Source: Sarcina sp.
Lineage (GTDB): Bacteria; Bacillota; Clostridia; Clostridiales; Clostridiaceae
Direction of reading: 5' to 3'
DNA length: 64,000 nucleotides
Assembly (NCBI GenBank): GCA_051656585.1
Contig: JBOGCE010000009.1
Span: 49,020 to 113,019 of the forward strand
Shown: positions 40,720 to 50,827 of the stretch, piece after piece
Layout: each line of letters opens with the position of its first letter
How positions within the stretch are numbered: position 1 is the stretch's first letter
Made by a program: the position numbers and the translations under genes
The notes under the pieces: generated by a model
The model's database searches: none
The model's input: the letters and a program-made list of their open reading frames with translations, nothing else
What the model was told of the DNA's origin: nothing

Positions 40720-42372
40720 ATGAGCATATCTATAGTTATAAATGAAAAAAAACAAAAACTTAATGAAGAGATAAGGTTCGGAGAATTACTTAGTAAGCAG
40801 GAATTATATGGTGGAGTGCCCATAGTTTTAGCAAAGCAAAATAATATATATTATGAATTAAATGAATATATAGAAAATGATGGAGAAGTTGAGTTTATTG
40901 ATATATCGACTAAAATAGGTATGGATGCTTATAAGAGAACAGCACAATTCATATTTATAAAAGCAACATTAGATATTTTTAAGGATGCTAAAATATCTAT
41001 AGAACATTCTATAAATAAAGGGATATATGGTGAAATCTATAAAGATACTCCTCTTACAGAAAAAGAACTTTTAATGATAAAGGAAAGAATGATTGAGATT
41101 AGAGATTCTGATATTATTATAGAAAAAATTAGAGTAACTAAAGAGGAAGCAAAGAGTGTATTTGTAAATTATAAAATGGATGATAAAATACGATTGTTAA
41201 ATTATGTTGAAAGTGAAAATTTGAAGTTGTACAAGATAGAAGATAGATATGATTATTTTTATGGAGATATGGCATATTCAACTGGGGTTTTAAAGACCTT
41301 TGACTTATTGTATTATAATACTGGTTTTATTATTAGACTTCCTAGGACAAAGAAACCTAATACTTTACCTGTATTTTATGAACAAAGAAACTTATATGGA
41401 GTTTTTAAAGAAACTGCAAAGTGGTTAAGTATTTTAGGAATTAAAGATGTTGGAGCTTTAAATAAAAAAATAGCAGAAGATGACTATAATAATGTAATAA
41501 GAGTTTCAGAAGCACTTCATGAAAAAAAAATAGCATATATAGCAGATAGGGTATTACAAAATAACGAGTGCAAGTTAATTCTTGTTGCAGGACCATCTTC
41601 ATCAGGAAAAACAACTTTTACTAAAAGACTTGCTGTCCAATTACAGGTAAATGGATTGAAGCCAGTTATGATTTCTTTAGATGATTACTTTTTAAGTAGA
41701 GATCAAACTCCGTTAGATGAAGAAGGAAAACCAGATTTTGAATGTTTAGGTGCATTAGATTTAGAATTGTTTCATAGGCAATTAAAAGATTTATTAGATG
41801 GAAAAGAAACAGAAATTCCTACTTTTAATTTTAAAAAAGGAAGTAGAGAGTGGCTTGGAAATAAAATTAAATTAAATGCTGATAATGTCTTGCTAATAGA
41901 AGGGATACATGGACTAAATCCAAAACTTACAAGTAATATAGATGAGAAATATAAATTTAAGGTTTATATATCAGCACTTACACAATTAAATTTAGATAAT
42001 CACAATAAAATTTCTACTACAGATGTTAGAAAGATAAGAAGAATAGTTAGAGATGCCTTATCAAGAGGATATGATGCTGAAAAAACTTTAAGTATGTGGC
42101 CATCTATAAAGAGGGGCGAAGAAAATAATATATTTGTTTTTCAAGAAAATTCAGATGTAATGTTTAATTCTACTTTAGTTTATGAACTTTCTGTACTTAA
42201 AAATTTAGCTTTAAAAGAGCTTAATAAAATAGATGAAAATAGCGAGGTGTATTTTGAAGCAAAAAGATTAAAAACTTTTTTAGATTTTTTTGAAGCAATA
42301 GAATTTGATGATGTGCCTAAAAATTCTATTTTAAAAGAGTTTATAGGTGGAAGCTGTTTTTATAAATATTAA
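40720..42372 (+). CDS. Uridine kinase-like nucleoside kinase with N-terminal ThrRS-like domain
   Basis: AGPSSSGKTT P-loop, SLDDYF, IEGIHGLNP, RRIVRD motifs. Confidence 0.88.
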   Translation: MSISIVINEKKQKLNEEIRFGELLSKQELYGGVPIVLAKQNNIYYELNEYIENDGEVEFIDISTKIGMDAYKRTAQFIFIKATLDIFKDAKISIEHSINKGIYGEIYKDTPLTEKELLMIKERMIEIRDSDIIIEKIRVTKEEAKSVFVNYKMDDKIRLLNYVESENLKLYKIEDRYDYFYGDMAYSTGVLKTFDLLYYNTGFIIRLPRTKKPNTLPVFYEQRNLYGVFKETAKWLSILGIKDVGALNKKIAEDDYNNVIRVSEALHEKKIAYIADRVLQNNECKLILVAGPSSSGKTTFTKRLAVQLQVNGLKPVMISLDDYFLSRDQTPLDEEGKPDFECLGALDLELFHRQLKDLLDGKETEIPTFNFKKGSREWLGNKIKLNADNVLLIEGIHGLNPKLTSNIDEKYKFKVYISALTQLNLDNHNKISTTDVRKIRRIVRDALSRGYDAEKTLSMWPSIKRGEENNIFVFQENSDVMFNSTLVYELSVLKNLALKELNKIDENSEVYFEAKRLKTFLDFFEAIEFDDVPKNSILKEFIGGSCFYKY

Positions 42373-42588
42373 AAATAGAAGTTTATTTTAATGAAAAAAA
42401 GTGACTATACTATAACAGTTTAAGCTGTTATGGCATAGTCACTTTTTAAAATTTGTTTGAGAGCTAGTGTTTCTAATACACTCTCTGATATAAAAGATGA
42501 GAATATTAGAAACACATGCTTTTAAACTTAGATAAGTATAAGTTAATATTCAAATAGTTTAGAAGTTCTATTTGAATTAAGTTTATTC

Positions 42589-43494
42589 TTATTTTCTTGA
42601 TAATGAAAATCCTTTAGTTGTAGTTTGTTTAGAACGGAATAGTACTATAAGTACAGCCGCAACTATGATACAGACATATCCAATTATATTTGTAGCAGAT
42701 GGAAGTTTTCCAAATACAAGGAAACCAAGTATCGCTGAGAATATAACATCTGTATATCTGAATACAGCGATGTCTCTAGCTGGTGCATATTTGTAAGCAA
42801 GAATTATAGTGAATTCAACTACAATATAACAAAGACCTGCTAATACAAGATAAATTACTGTATGTAGTGGTAATGGTTTATAGAAATATATCATAAATGG
42901 TAATAGTATAACTGATGATAAGAAGTTATAGAAGAATACAAGAGTAACAGGATCACATTTGTCTCCTAGATATCTCATAGTTACACTATCTCCACCATTC
43001 ATAGCTGCACCTGCTATAGCAGCTAATGCTGGAACTAAAGCAAATTTCGCACCATGCGGATTGACAACGAAGAATGCTCCTATAAAAGCTAAAACAACTA
43101 ATAAAACTTGCCACAATTTAACTTTTTCTCCAAGGAATATATAACTGAAAATGATTACAAAGAATATGCTTAAATCTTGTAAAATAGTAGCATTAGGTAC
43201 TAATAAATATTGTAATGCGTATAGGTTTAAACATATACCAACTATTCCAAATAGTGTACGAAGTGAAAGACCAAGAAGGTTCTTTCGATTCCCTGTATAT
43301 TTTGTTTTATCTTTAAAACCGTATTTGACAGCCATATATATGAATGCAAATAAAGCTGCAATAGAATTTCTATATACAACCTTTTCAGCTACAGGCATAT
43401 GCCCTGCCTTCTTTAAAAGTACGGTCATAACTGATAATGAGAATGCGAATAATATCATAAATATTATTCCTTTTTTAGTATCGCTTTTGTACAT
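42589..43494 (-). CDS. DMT/EamA family transporter
   Basis: Two EamA repeats, about 10 TM segments; FLGEK and AYKYAPA motifs. Confidence 0.9.
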   Translation of the reverse strand: MYKSDTKKGIIFMILFAFSLSVMTVLLKKAGHMPVAEKVVYRNSIAALFAFIYMAVKYGFKDKTKYTGNRKNLLGLSLRTLFGIVGICLNLYALQYLLVPNATILQDLSIFFVIIFSYIFLGEKVKLWQVLLVVLAFIGAFFVVNPHGAKFALVPALAAIAGAAMNGGDSVTMRYLGDKCDPVTLVFFYNFLSSVILLPFMIYFYKPLPLHTVIYLVLAGLCYIVVEFTIILAYKYAPARDIAVFRYTDVIFSAILGFLVFGKLPSATNIIGYVCIIVAAVLIVLFRSKQTTTKGFSLSRK

Positions 43495-43558
43495 AACAAA
43501 TTACTTCCTTTCCTGTTTACTCTAACCGAGTATATCAGAATTTTCAGAATTCTAAAAA

Positions 43559-43573
43559 TTATCATTTTGATAA
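43559..43573. promoter_or_regulatory. Putative enhancer (UAS) for the sigma-54 activator
   Basis: TTATCATTTTGATAA, the reverse complement of the TTATCAAAATGATAA seen at 50633 and 59866. Confidence 0.65.
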
Positions 43574-43750
43574 ATTGAGAAAAAAATATGATAATTTTTT
43601 CACAACGTAAAAATTTAGGAAATAAAGTTCTTTTAAATGCTTAAAAATTTAATACTAAAAAAAAATTAATAATATTAATTGTATGCAAAAAAGGCTGAAT
43701 TTTTATAAAAAATATATGAAAACCTTTTATTACCAATTTTTGTATTGTTT

Positions 43751-43765
43751 TGGCGAGAGAATTGC
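43751..43765 (+). promoter_or_regulatory. Sigma-54 (-24/-12) promoter of the molybdenum hydroxylase operon
   Basis: TGGCGAGAGAATTGC; GG and GC are separated by exactly 10 nt. Confidence 0.75.
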
Positions 43766-43830
43766 GTGGTAATATGGCATGGAATAAATTGAGGAAATTT
43801 ATTCCATTGGATGGAAAAGGAGGAGATATT

Positions 43831-44634
43831 ATGTTCACAGTAAAGGAGTATGCAAAGCCTAAATCTTTAGATGAAGCTTATGAATTATTACAAAAGAACA
43901 AAAAAAATACAATAATAGGTGGTCTTTTATGGCTTAGAATGAGTGATAGAATGATAAATACAGCAATTGATTTATCAGACCTAGAGTTGAATAAAATTGA
44001 GGAAACAGAAAATGAATTTGAAATAGGTGCAATGGTAACATTAAGAGATTTAGAAGTAAATGAAAAATTAAATGAAGAATTTAATAATGTTTTTAAGCAT
44101 GCTACTGAACATATAGTTGGAGTTCAATTTAGGAATTTAGCGACTGTTGGTGGAAGTATTTATTCAAGATTTGGATTTTCAGATATTTTAACAAGCTTTT
44201 TAGCTTTAGATAGTTATGTGGTATTACATAAGGCAGGTAAGATGTCTATGGTAGAGTTTGCTAAATCAGAGTATACAAAAGATATAGTAGAAAAAATTAT
44301 TATAAAGAAAGATAAATCAAGAATTTGTTATTTAACTCAAAGACTTTCAGAAACTGATATACCTTTACTTGCTTTAGCAGCTAGTAAATCAGAAACAGGA
44401 TGGAAAATTTCAGTTGGTGCAAGACCTCATAAGGCAAAACTTGCAACAGAAACAGCTAAAATTTTATCTAATAAGCCAGATTCTAAGGAGATAGAGGTTG
44501 CTGGTGAAAGTTTATTAAAAGAATTAGATTTTGGTTCTAATATGAGAGCTTCAAAAGAATATAGAGAAATAATTGTTAAGGTTCTACTTAGAAGAGCAAT
44601 AGAGACAGTTGAAGGAGGCTATTATGATAACTAA
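43831..44634 (+). CDS. Molybdenum hydroxylase FAD-binding subunit (YgfM/XdhB-like)
   Basis: PKSLDEA, IIGGLLWL, IGAMVTL, QFRNLATVGGS motifs. Confidence 0.9.
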   Translation: MFTVKEYAKPKSLDEAYELLQKNKKNTIIGGLLWLRMSDRMINTAIDLSDLELNKIEETENEFEIGAMVTLRDLEVNEKLNEEFNNVFKHATEHIVGVQFRNLATVGGSIYSRFGFSDILTSFLALDSYVVLHKAGKMSMVEFAKSEYTKDIVEKIIIKKDKSRICYLTQRLSETDIPLLALAASKSETGWKISVGARPHKAKLATETAKILSNKPDSKEIEVAGESLLKELDFGSNMRASKEYREIIVKVLLRRAIETVEGGYYDN

Positions 44635-45082
44635 AATGTGGATTAATGGAAGGTTATATAACGAAGAAATTGAGAATGATAAAGTTTTATTAGACTTTTT
44701 AAGAGAAAAAGGATATTTGAGTGTAAAAAGAGGGTGTAATACAACTAATTGTGGTTTATGTACAGTTTGGGCAGATGAAAAACCAATTTTATCATGTTCA
44801 AGACTTGCAGTTCAAATGGGTGGTAAACATATTACAACTCTTGAAGGTCTTCAAAAAGAAGCAAAAGAATTTGCAGAGTTTTTATCAGCAGAAGGAGCAG
44901 AACAATGTGGATTCTGTAGCCCTGGGTTTGTTATGAATGTTTTAGCTATGGTAAAAGAATTAAATAATCCTACAGAAGAAGAAATTAGGAGTTATTTAGC
45001 AGGGAATTTATGTAGATGTACAGGATATATGGGTCAACTTAGAGCAGTTAAGAAATTCTTAACACAAAAGGAGGCGCAGTAA
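44624..45082 (+). CDS. Molybdenum hydroxylase 2x[2Fe-2S] subunit (XdhC-like)
   Basis: GCNTTNCGLC, QCGFCSPG, NLCRCTGY motifs. Confidence 0.93.
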   Translation: MITKMWINGRLYNEEIENDKVLLDFLREKGYLSVKRGCNTTNCGLCTVWADEKPILSCSRLAVQMGGKHITTLEGLQKEAKEFAEFLSAEGAEQCGFCSPGFVMNVLAMVKELNNPTEEEIRSYLAGNLCRCTGYMGQLRAVKKFLTQKEAQ

Positions 45083-45084
45083 CA

Positions 45085-47370
45085 ATGAAAGTAGTAAATC
45101 AAAGTAAACCTAAAGTAGATTCAATTCCATTAATTACAGGTAAACCAGTATATACAAATGATTTAGTACCGGCAAATGCTCTTATAGTAAAAGTTTTAAG
45201 AGCAAAAGTTGCTCATGCTAACATAGTAGATATTAATACTACTATAGCTGAAAAAGTACCAGGAATTGAATGTATTTTAACTTATGAAGATGTTCCAAAA
45301 ACTAGATTTATGGTTGCAGGTCAATCATATCCAGAGCCAACTCCTTATGATAGATTAATTTTAGATAAGAAGGTTAGACATGTTGGACAAGCTGTTGCTA
45401 TAGTAGCAGGTATAGATGAAAAAGCAGTAAATAAAGCGCTTAAGCTTATAAAAATAAAGTATGATATATTACCAGCTATTTTAGATGCCAAAGATGCTAT
45501 TGATAATCCAACTATAATACATGATGAAGATGATTATTTTTCTAATTTCGATTTAGGACAAGATCCAAAAAGAAATATTTGTTCTAAAGGAGATATGAAA
45601 AAAGGTGATGTTGAAGAGGTATTTAAGAAATGTGATATTGTTTTAGAAGAAACTTATCATACAAAAGCTAATGCACAAGCAATGATGGAAACAATGAGAA
45701 CATATACTCATTATGACTGCTACGGAAGATTAGTTATAGTTAGTGCAACTCAAATTCCTTTTCATGTTAGAAGAATATTAGCTAGAGCGTTAGAAATTCC
45801 AAAATCAAAAATTAGAGTAATAAAACCTCGTATAGGTGGAGGCTTTGGAGCTAAACAAACAGTAGCATCTGAAATTTATCCAGCAATAGTTACTTTAAAG
45901 ACAGGAAAACCAGCTAAAATTTGTTATAGTAGAACTGATACTTTTGTTGATACAACAAGTAGACATGGTATGGATGTTACAGTTAAGTTAGGAGCAGATA
46001 AAGATGGTACTTTAAGAGCTATGAAAATTTATGCATTATCTAATACTGGTGCATATAGCGAGCATGGTTCAACAGTTGTAGGACTTGTTGGAGTAAAAGC
46101 TTTAGCTGTTTATAATAGACTAGAAGCTTATGATTTTAGTTATGATGTTGTCTATACAAATACAATGTCAGCAGGTGCTTTTAGAGGATATGGAGCAACA
46201 CAAGGATTTTTTGCAGTTGAATCAATAATCAATGAACTTGCAGCTAAAATTAGTATGGATCCAACAGTTATAAGAGAGAAAAATATTGTTAAGCAAGGTG
46301 AATATCTACCAGCTTATCATGGAGAAACTCTTAATAGCTGTCATTTAGATAAATGTCTTGCTAAGGCAAAAGAATTATTTAAATGGGATGAGAAATATCC
46401 AAGTAGAGATTTAGGCAATGGAAAGGTAAGAGCAGTTGGTGCTGCTGTAACAATGCAGGGATCAGGTATAGAACATTTAGATAAGGCTTCTGTTGAAATT
46501 AAACTTGGAGACGGTGGTTTTTATCAATTGATGCTTGGTTCATCTGATATGGGAACAGGTTCAGATACTATTTTTGCACAGATGGCAGCAGAATGTTTAA
46601 ATTGTTCTTTTGAAAATATCACTGTAAGTGGTGTTGATACTGATATGTCACCTTACGATAAAGGCTCATATGCTTCAAGTACAACTTATGTAACAGGTAT
46701 GGCAGTTATAAAAACTTGTGAAGAAATGAAAAAACGTATTTGTATAGAAGGATCAAAAGAATTAGAATTAAAACCAGAAGAAGTTGAATTTGATGGTGAA
46801 TTTATAAAAGCTATAGATAGTGATAAAAAAATATCACTAGAAGATTTAGCTGAAAGATTATTAGTTGGAGATAAACAAAGTATAGTTGTTTCAATTTCAC
46901 ATTCAAGCCCAGTTTCACCTCCACCGTTTATGGCAGGACTTGTTGAAATTGAACTAGATAAAGAAACAGGAAAGGTTTCAATTGTAGATTATGTTGCAGT
47001 AGTTGATTGTGGAACAGTAATTAACCCTGCACTTGCGAGAATACAAGCTGAGGGTGGTCTTGTTCAAGGTATAGGAATGGCTTTATTTGAAGATATTCAA
47101 TATAATGAGGTCGGTAGAATGATGAATGATACATTTATGCAATATAAAATTCCAACAAGACTTGATATGGGAAATATAAGAGTTGAATTTGATAGTAGTT
47201 ATGAACCAACAGGACCATTTGGTGCAAAATCAATTGGAGAAGTTGTTATTAATACTCCAGCTCCAGCCATAGCTAATGCTATATATAATGCTGTAGGAGT
47301 AAATATTAGAAGTTTACCAATGACAGCTGAAAAAGTATTAATGGCAAAGTATGAAAATATGAATAAATAA
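45085..47370 (+). CDS. Molybdenum hydroxylase molybdopterin-binding subunit (XdhD-like)
   Basis: RIGGGFGAK, GAFRGYG, SYAS, GAKSIGE motifs; the PEPTPYDR segment resembles E. coli XdhD (from memory). Confidence 0.92.
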   Translation: MKVVNQSKPKVDSIPLITGKPVYTNDLVPANALIVKVLRAKVAHANIVDINTTIAEKVPGIECILTYEDVPKTRFMVAGQSYPEPTPYDRLILDKKVRHVGQAVAIVAGIDEKAVNKALKLIKIKYDILPAILDAKDAIDNPTIIHDEDDYFSNFDLGQDPKRNICSKGDMKKGDVEEVFKKCDIVLEETYHTKANAQAMMETMRTYTHYDCYGRLVIVSATQIPFHVRRILARALEIPKSKIRVIKPRIGGGFGAKQTVASEIYPAIVTLKTGKPAKICYSRTDTFVDTTSRHGMDVTVKLGADKDGTLRAMKIYALSNTGAYSEHGSTVVGLVGVKALAVYNRLEAYDFSYDVVYTNTMSAGAFRGYGATQGFFAVESIINELAAKISMDPTVIREKNIVKQGEYLPAYHGETLNSCHLDKCLAKAKELFKWDEKYPSRDLGNGKVRAVGAAVTMQGSGIEHLDKASVEIKLGDGGFYQLMLGSSDMGTGSDTIFAQMAAECLNCSFENITVSGVDTDMSPYDKGSYASSTTYVTGMAVIKTCEEMKKRICIEGSKELELKPEEVEFDGEFIKAIDSDKKISLEDLAERLLVGDKQSIVVSISHSSPVSPPPFMAGLVEIELDKETGKVSIVDYVAVVDCGTVINPALARIQAEGGLVQGIGMALFEDIQYNEVGRMMNDTFMQYKIPTRLDMGNIRVEFDSSYEPTGPFGAKSIGEVVINTPAPAIANAIYNAVGVNIRSLPMTAEKVLMAKYENMNK

Positions 47371-47393
47371 ACTTATTTAGAGTTTAAAAAATA

Positions 47394-47443
47394 AAGAGCT
47401 GTTGCATTAGCAATTAAATTTTGCTAGTGACAGCTCTTTTTAT
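47394..47443 (+). terminator. Intrinsic terminator
   Basis: aaagagctgttgcattagca pairs with tgctagtgacagctcttt, followed by a T-run. Confidence 0.75.
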
Positions 47444-47824
47444 TTTAAAAAACTAGCTATCAGATAAAAAAATTATTGGTGAGAATATAGAGAGAGTTCT
47501 TTAGTTTTTTTGTTTATTAGAGATAAGGTAATCAAAATGTCTTTAGTTTAATATAAAGAAAATATAGAATTGTTATTTTATTTTAATATTTAATACTACA
47601 TTTCGTACATAATTGAATTTATGGAAAAAATTCGAAGTTCAAATTAAGATAAAAGATTTTTTGATAAATTGTTTTAAATATAGCAAATAAAAATTCTATT
47701 TATAGATAGTAATGGAATTTTATAGAATAATGTCTTAATTGAATTTATTAGAAATTTAGTATTAAAAGACTCTATAATATAAATGTTGTTATTAAAAGTT
47801 AAATGTGAAGGAGTTGTTGATTTT

Positions 47825-49564
47825 ATGAATGCAGATATAGAATTCTCTTTATTAAAACAAGTTCAACCATATGTTATAAAATATGCTAATGTTATATCAG
47901 AAGTTTTAAATGTTAACATTGAAATTGTTGATAGAAATTTAGTAAGAATTGCAGGTACAGGTGCTTATAGTTCAAAAATTGATGAATCTAGTGAAGGAAT
48001 GTCATATAAAAAAGTTTTAGAGTCAGGAATGTATAATGTGATTTTAGAACCTAGAGATGATGAGTGCTGTATTAATTGTAAACTTAGAAGTTCATGTAAA
48101 GAGTTTTTAGAATTAGCGACACCCATATTTTATGATGAGCAAATAATAGGAATTATAGGTCTTGTTTGTTCAAATCAAGAGCAAAAAGATATTATTTTAA
48201 AAAATGTTAAAGAAAATTTGAGATTTTTAGATAATATAGCAGAACTTATACAGTCTAAAATATATGAAGAATTTAGTATTAAAAATGAATCACAATTCTT
48301 GATGATAATTGATAAATTTATGAATAGCGTTGAAACTGGCGTAATAGTGTTAGACAATGAGAATAAAATACATAGTTTAAATGAAGTAGCATTAAAGCAA
48401 TTATTAATTAATGATTCTATTTATGGAAATAAACAAGATATAAAATCACAGGAATTTAATACTAGTGAATATAATGGATTTGAAATACCGATGAATCTTG
48501 GTAAATATAAAAGTATTTTTATTTTTAATACTAAAGAACTTAAAAAAGCTTATTTGTTAGATAGTCCAAGCTCTATGGAGAGAGTGGGAATTGATAGAAT
48601 TGTTGGAGAGTCAAAAGCAGTCAAGAGCATGAAAAATAAGGCTAAAAAAATAGCTAATTCCATATCTACAGTATTAATAACTGGTGAAAGTGGAACTGGT
48701 AAAGAGGTTTTAGCTAGAGCTATACATGAATCTAGTGATAGAAAAGATAAACCATTTATAGCAATAAACTGTGCAGCGATACCTGAAAGCTTATTAGAAA
48801 GTGAACTTTTAGGATATGCAAAAGGTGCATTTAGTGGTGCTAATCCACAGGGTAAAATGGGAAAATTTGAACTTGCAAATCATGGTGTTATTTTTCTTGA
48901 CGAAATAGGAGATATGCCTCTTAATTTACAAGCAAAAATTTTAAGGGTTATACAAGAAAGACAATGTATTAGAATTGGGTCTAATAAACTTATAGATTTA
49001 GATATAAGAATAATAGCAGCTACTAATAAGAATTTAAAAAAATTAGTAGAAGAGAAGAAATTTAGAGAAGATTTATATTATAGATTAAATGTAATTCCGA
49101 TAAAAAGTCCACCTCTAAGAGAGCGTGAAGGCGATATAGAGTATCTAGTAAAAGCATTAGTTGAAAAGTATAATAAGATACTACACACTAATAAAAAAGA
49201 TATAACTTTAGATGCTTTAGAAAAGATGAAGAATTATAATTGGCCAGGAAATGTAAGAGAACTTGAAAATTGTATAGAATATATGCTTAATATTTCTATG
49301 GATTCAGAGATAATAGACGTAGATTCTTTACCAGATGACGTAGTTGGATATGAGACTACAAAAATGAATAATAATTTATTAAATATAGAAGATGAACTTA
49401 CTTTAGAGGATTTAGAAAAAAAATATATAATGCTTATGGTTGATAAATATGGATGTGATCTTAAAGCTAAAAAAATAATATCAGATAAATTAGGTATAGG
49501 GATAGCAACCCTATATAGAAAAATGGAAAAACAAAAAATAATAAGTAAAGAAACACACTGCTAA
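47825..49564 (+). CDS. Sigma-54-dependent transcriptional activator (YgeV-like; GAF/PAS, AAA+, Fis HTH)
   Basis: GESGTGKE, GAFSGA, FLDEIGDM, NWPGNVRELEN, LGIGIATLYRK. Confidence 0.93.
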   Translation: MNADIEFSLLKQVQPYVIKYANVISEVLNVNIEIVDRNLVRIAGTGAYSSKIDESSEGMSYKKVLESGMYNVILEPRDDECCINCKLRSSCKEFLELATPIFYDEQIIGIIGLVCSNQEQKDIILKNVKENLRFLDNIAELIQSKIYEEFSIKNESQFLMIIDKFMNSVETGVIVLDNENKIHSLNEVALKQLLINDSIYGNKQDIKSQEFNTSEYNGFEIPMNLGKYKSIFIFNTKELKKAYLLDSPSSMERVGIDRIVGESKAVKSMKNKAKKIANSISTVLITGESGTGKEVLARAIHESSDRKDKPFIAINCAAIPESLLESELLGYAKGAFSGANPQGKMGKFELANHGVIFLDEIGDMPLNLQAKILRVIQERQCIRIGSNKLIDLDIRIIAATNKNLKKLVEEKKFREDLYYRLNVIPIKSPPLREREGDIEYLVKALVEKYNKILHTNKKDITLDALEKMKNYNWPGNVRELENCIEYMLNISMDSEIIDVDSLPDDVVGYETTKMNNNLLNIEDELTLEDLEKKYIMLMVDKYGCDLKAKKIISDKLGIGIATLYRKMEKQKIISKETHC

Positions 49565-49726
49565 CAATTAGCAGTGTGTTTCTTTATTAACTGAATTTTA
49601 AAGTAATATTGTTTATCTATATAAAATATTTTTATGATTACAAATTACAGTTTAGTAGAAAAGTTAGTATTTTTTAGATAAGAGAAATATAGTATTAAAA
49701 GATCAATTGTATTTTTATAGAATTTA

Positions 49727-49754
49727 TTGACATAAAAAGGCAAAAATGTATAAT
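49727..49754 (+). promoter_or_regulatory. Consensus SigA promoter
   Basis: TTGACA, 16 bp, TATAAT. Confidence 0.75.
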
Positions 49755-49785
49755 TAAGGTGATATGATTTCGAAGGGGAATAATT

Positions 49786-50305
49786 ATGTTAAAAAAAATT
49801 TTTTATTGTAAGTCTAATTTTTATAGGAATTGTATTTGGTGGGAGTCAAAAAGTATTTGCAACTGAATTGGTTGAAGAAAAAGCAGAAAAAATATTATAT
49901 TCTGCACATTTATATGATTTTAATGGAAATTATATAAATAAGTGGCTTAATACAACTAAAAATGGAGCATTTAATGCTATAGATCCAAAATACAAAGGAA
50001 CTGTTAATAAGACTAATCTTTCAGGTTACGGAACTGTTGAGGGAATTGCATTAGAGGGTGTTAGAATTGATTTTACACAAGATCGTTATGTTTTGAGTTA
50101 TGATGGTGGATATAAAAATCCTAATTTTGTAAAAGTAGTTCAAAAAATATTATATAAAAGAGGACATAATATTGGTTCAACAGGAGCAGATGGGGTTTTT
50201 GGCTATAGAACAGAGCAGGCTGTTATAGCTTTCCAGAAAGCAAATGGGTTGAGTGCAGATGGAATAGTTGGAAAAAGAACATACTATAGTCTAGCAACTA
50301 TCTGA
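49786..50305 (+). pseudogene. Secreted peptidoglycan-binding-domain protein with a +1 frameshift in the signal-peptide homopolymer
   Basis: ATG 49786 with AAGGGG RBS stops at 49866 as sequenced; removing one base from A8T6 (49791-49804) gives MLKKFFIVSLIFIGIVFGGSQKVFA in frame with ORF 49868-50305, which ends in DGVFG..T..AV.AFQKANGLSADGIVG. Confidence 0.75.
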
Positions 50306-50632
50306 TTAAATTGTTTTTAGTTCTTTTCATATTTGGCATTTTTATTTGTAGTGTAAGTATAATTCCATGTAATAATGTAGTTAATAAAATAGAGATGTTT
50401 AAATAAATATATTTTTTGAAAATAAACAGTACTAACATGCTTTATGTTGGTGTTGTTTTTATTTGTAGTATATTTAAATGAAAATTTTACAATTCAAGAG
50501 TTTTGATAGTTTTTTTAGAATTTCATTTTCTTTTTTTAGGTAGTGATTAAATTATAGTTGTGAAATTTATATCAAAAAATTATAAAAATGTTATTTATAT
50601 GATAAAGTGGCATTAATACTAGTGTTTAGAGG

Positions 50633-50666
50633 TTATCAAAATGATAATAAGCTATCAAAATGATAA
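50633..50666. promoter_or_regulatory. Tandem putative enhancer sites (UAS)
   Basis: TTATCAAAATGATAA (50633-50647) and CTATCAAAATGATAA (50652-50666). Confidence 0.7.
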
Positions 50667-50757
50667 AATTTTAGCTGAGGAAGTTAGTTGTTTATTCATA
50701 AATTACATTATTTATACATAACTATAAGTTTTTTTCGCTTTTTTCTAAGTGAGGAGT

Positions 50758-50772
50758 TGGCATGTATATTGC
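50758..50772 (+). promoter_or_regulatory. Sigma-54 (-24/-12) promoter of the dpaL operon
   Basis: TGGCATGTATATTGC. Confidence 0.85.
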
Positions 50773-50827
50773 TAATTATATAAGTGTCAGTTGGATAAAC
50801 GATTATTGTAGAAGGAGAGATAGGATT

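Noticed and set aside
49636-49650. Third BlaI operator upstream of the frameshifted cell-wall-binding gene (gattacaaattacag)
   Set aside because: It shares the GATTACAAAT half with the real operator but lacks the TGTAA half, so it is not a dyad.
50608-50622. Additional sigma-54 promoter (TGGCAT...) upstream of dpaL; a similar one at 43775
   Set aside because: No GC dinucleotide 10 nt after the GG in either case.
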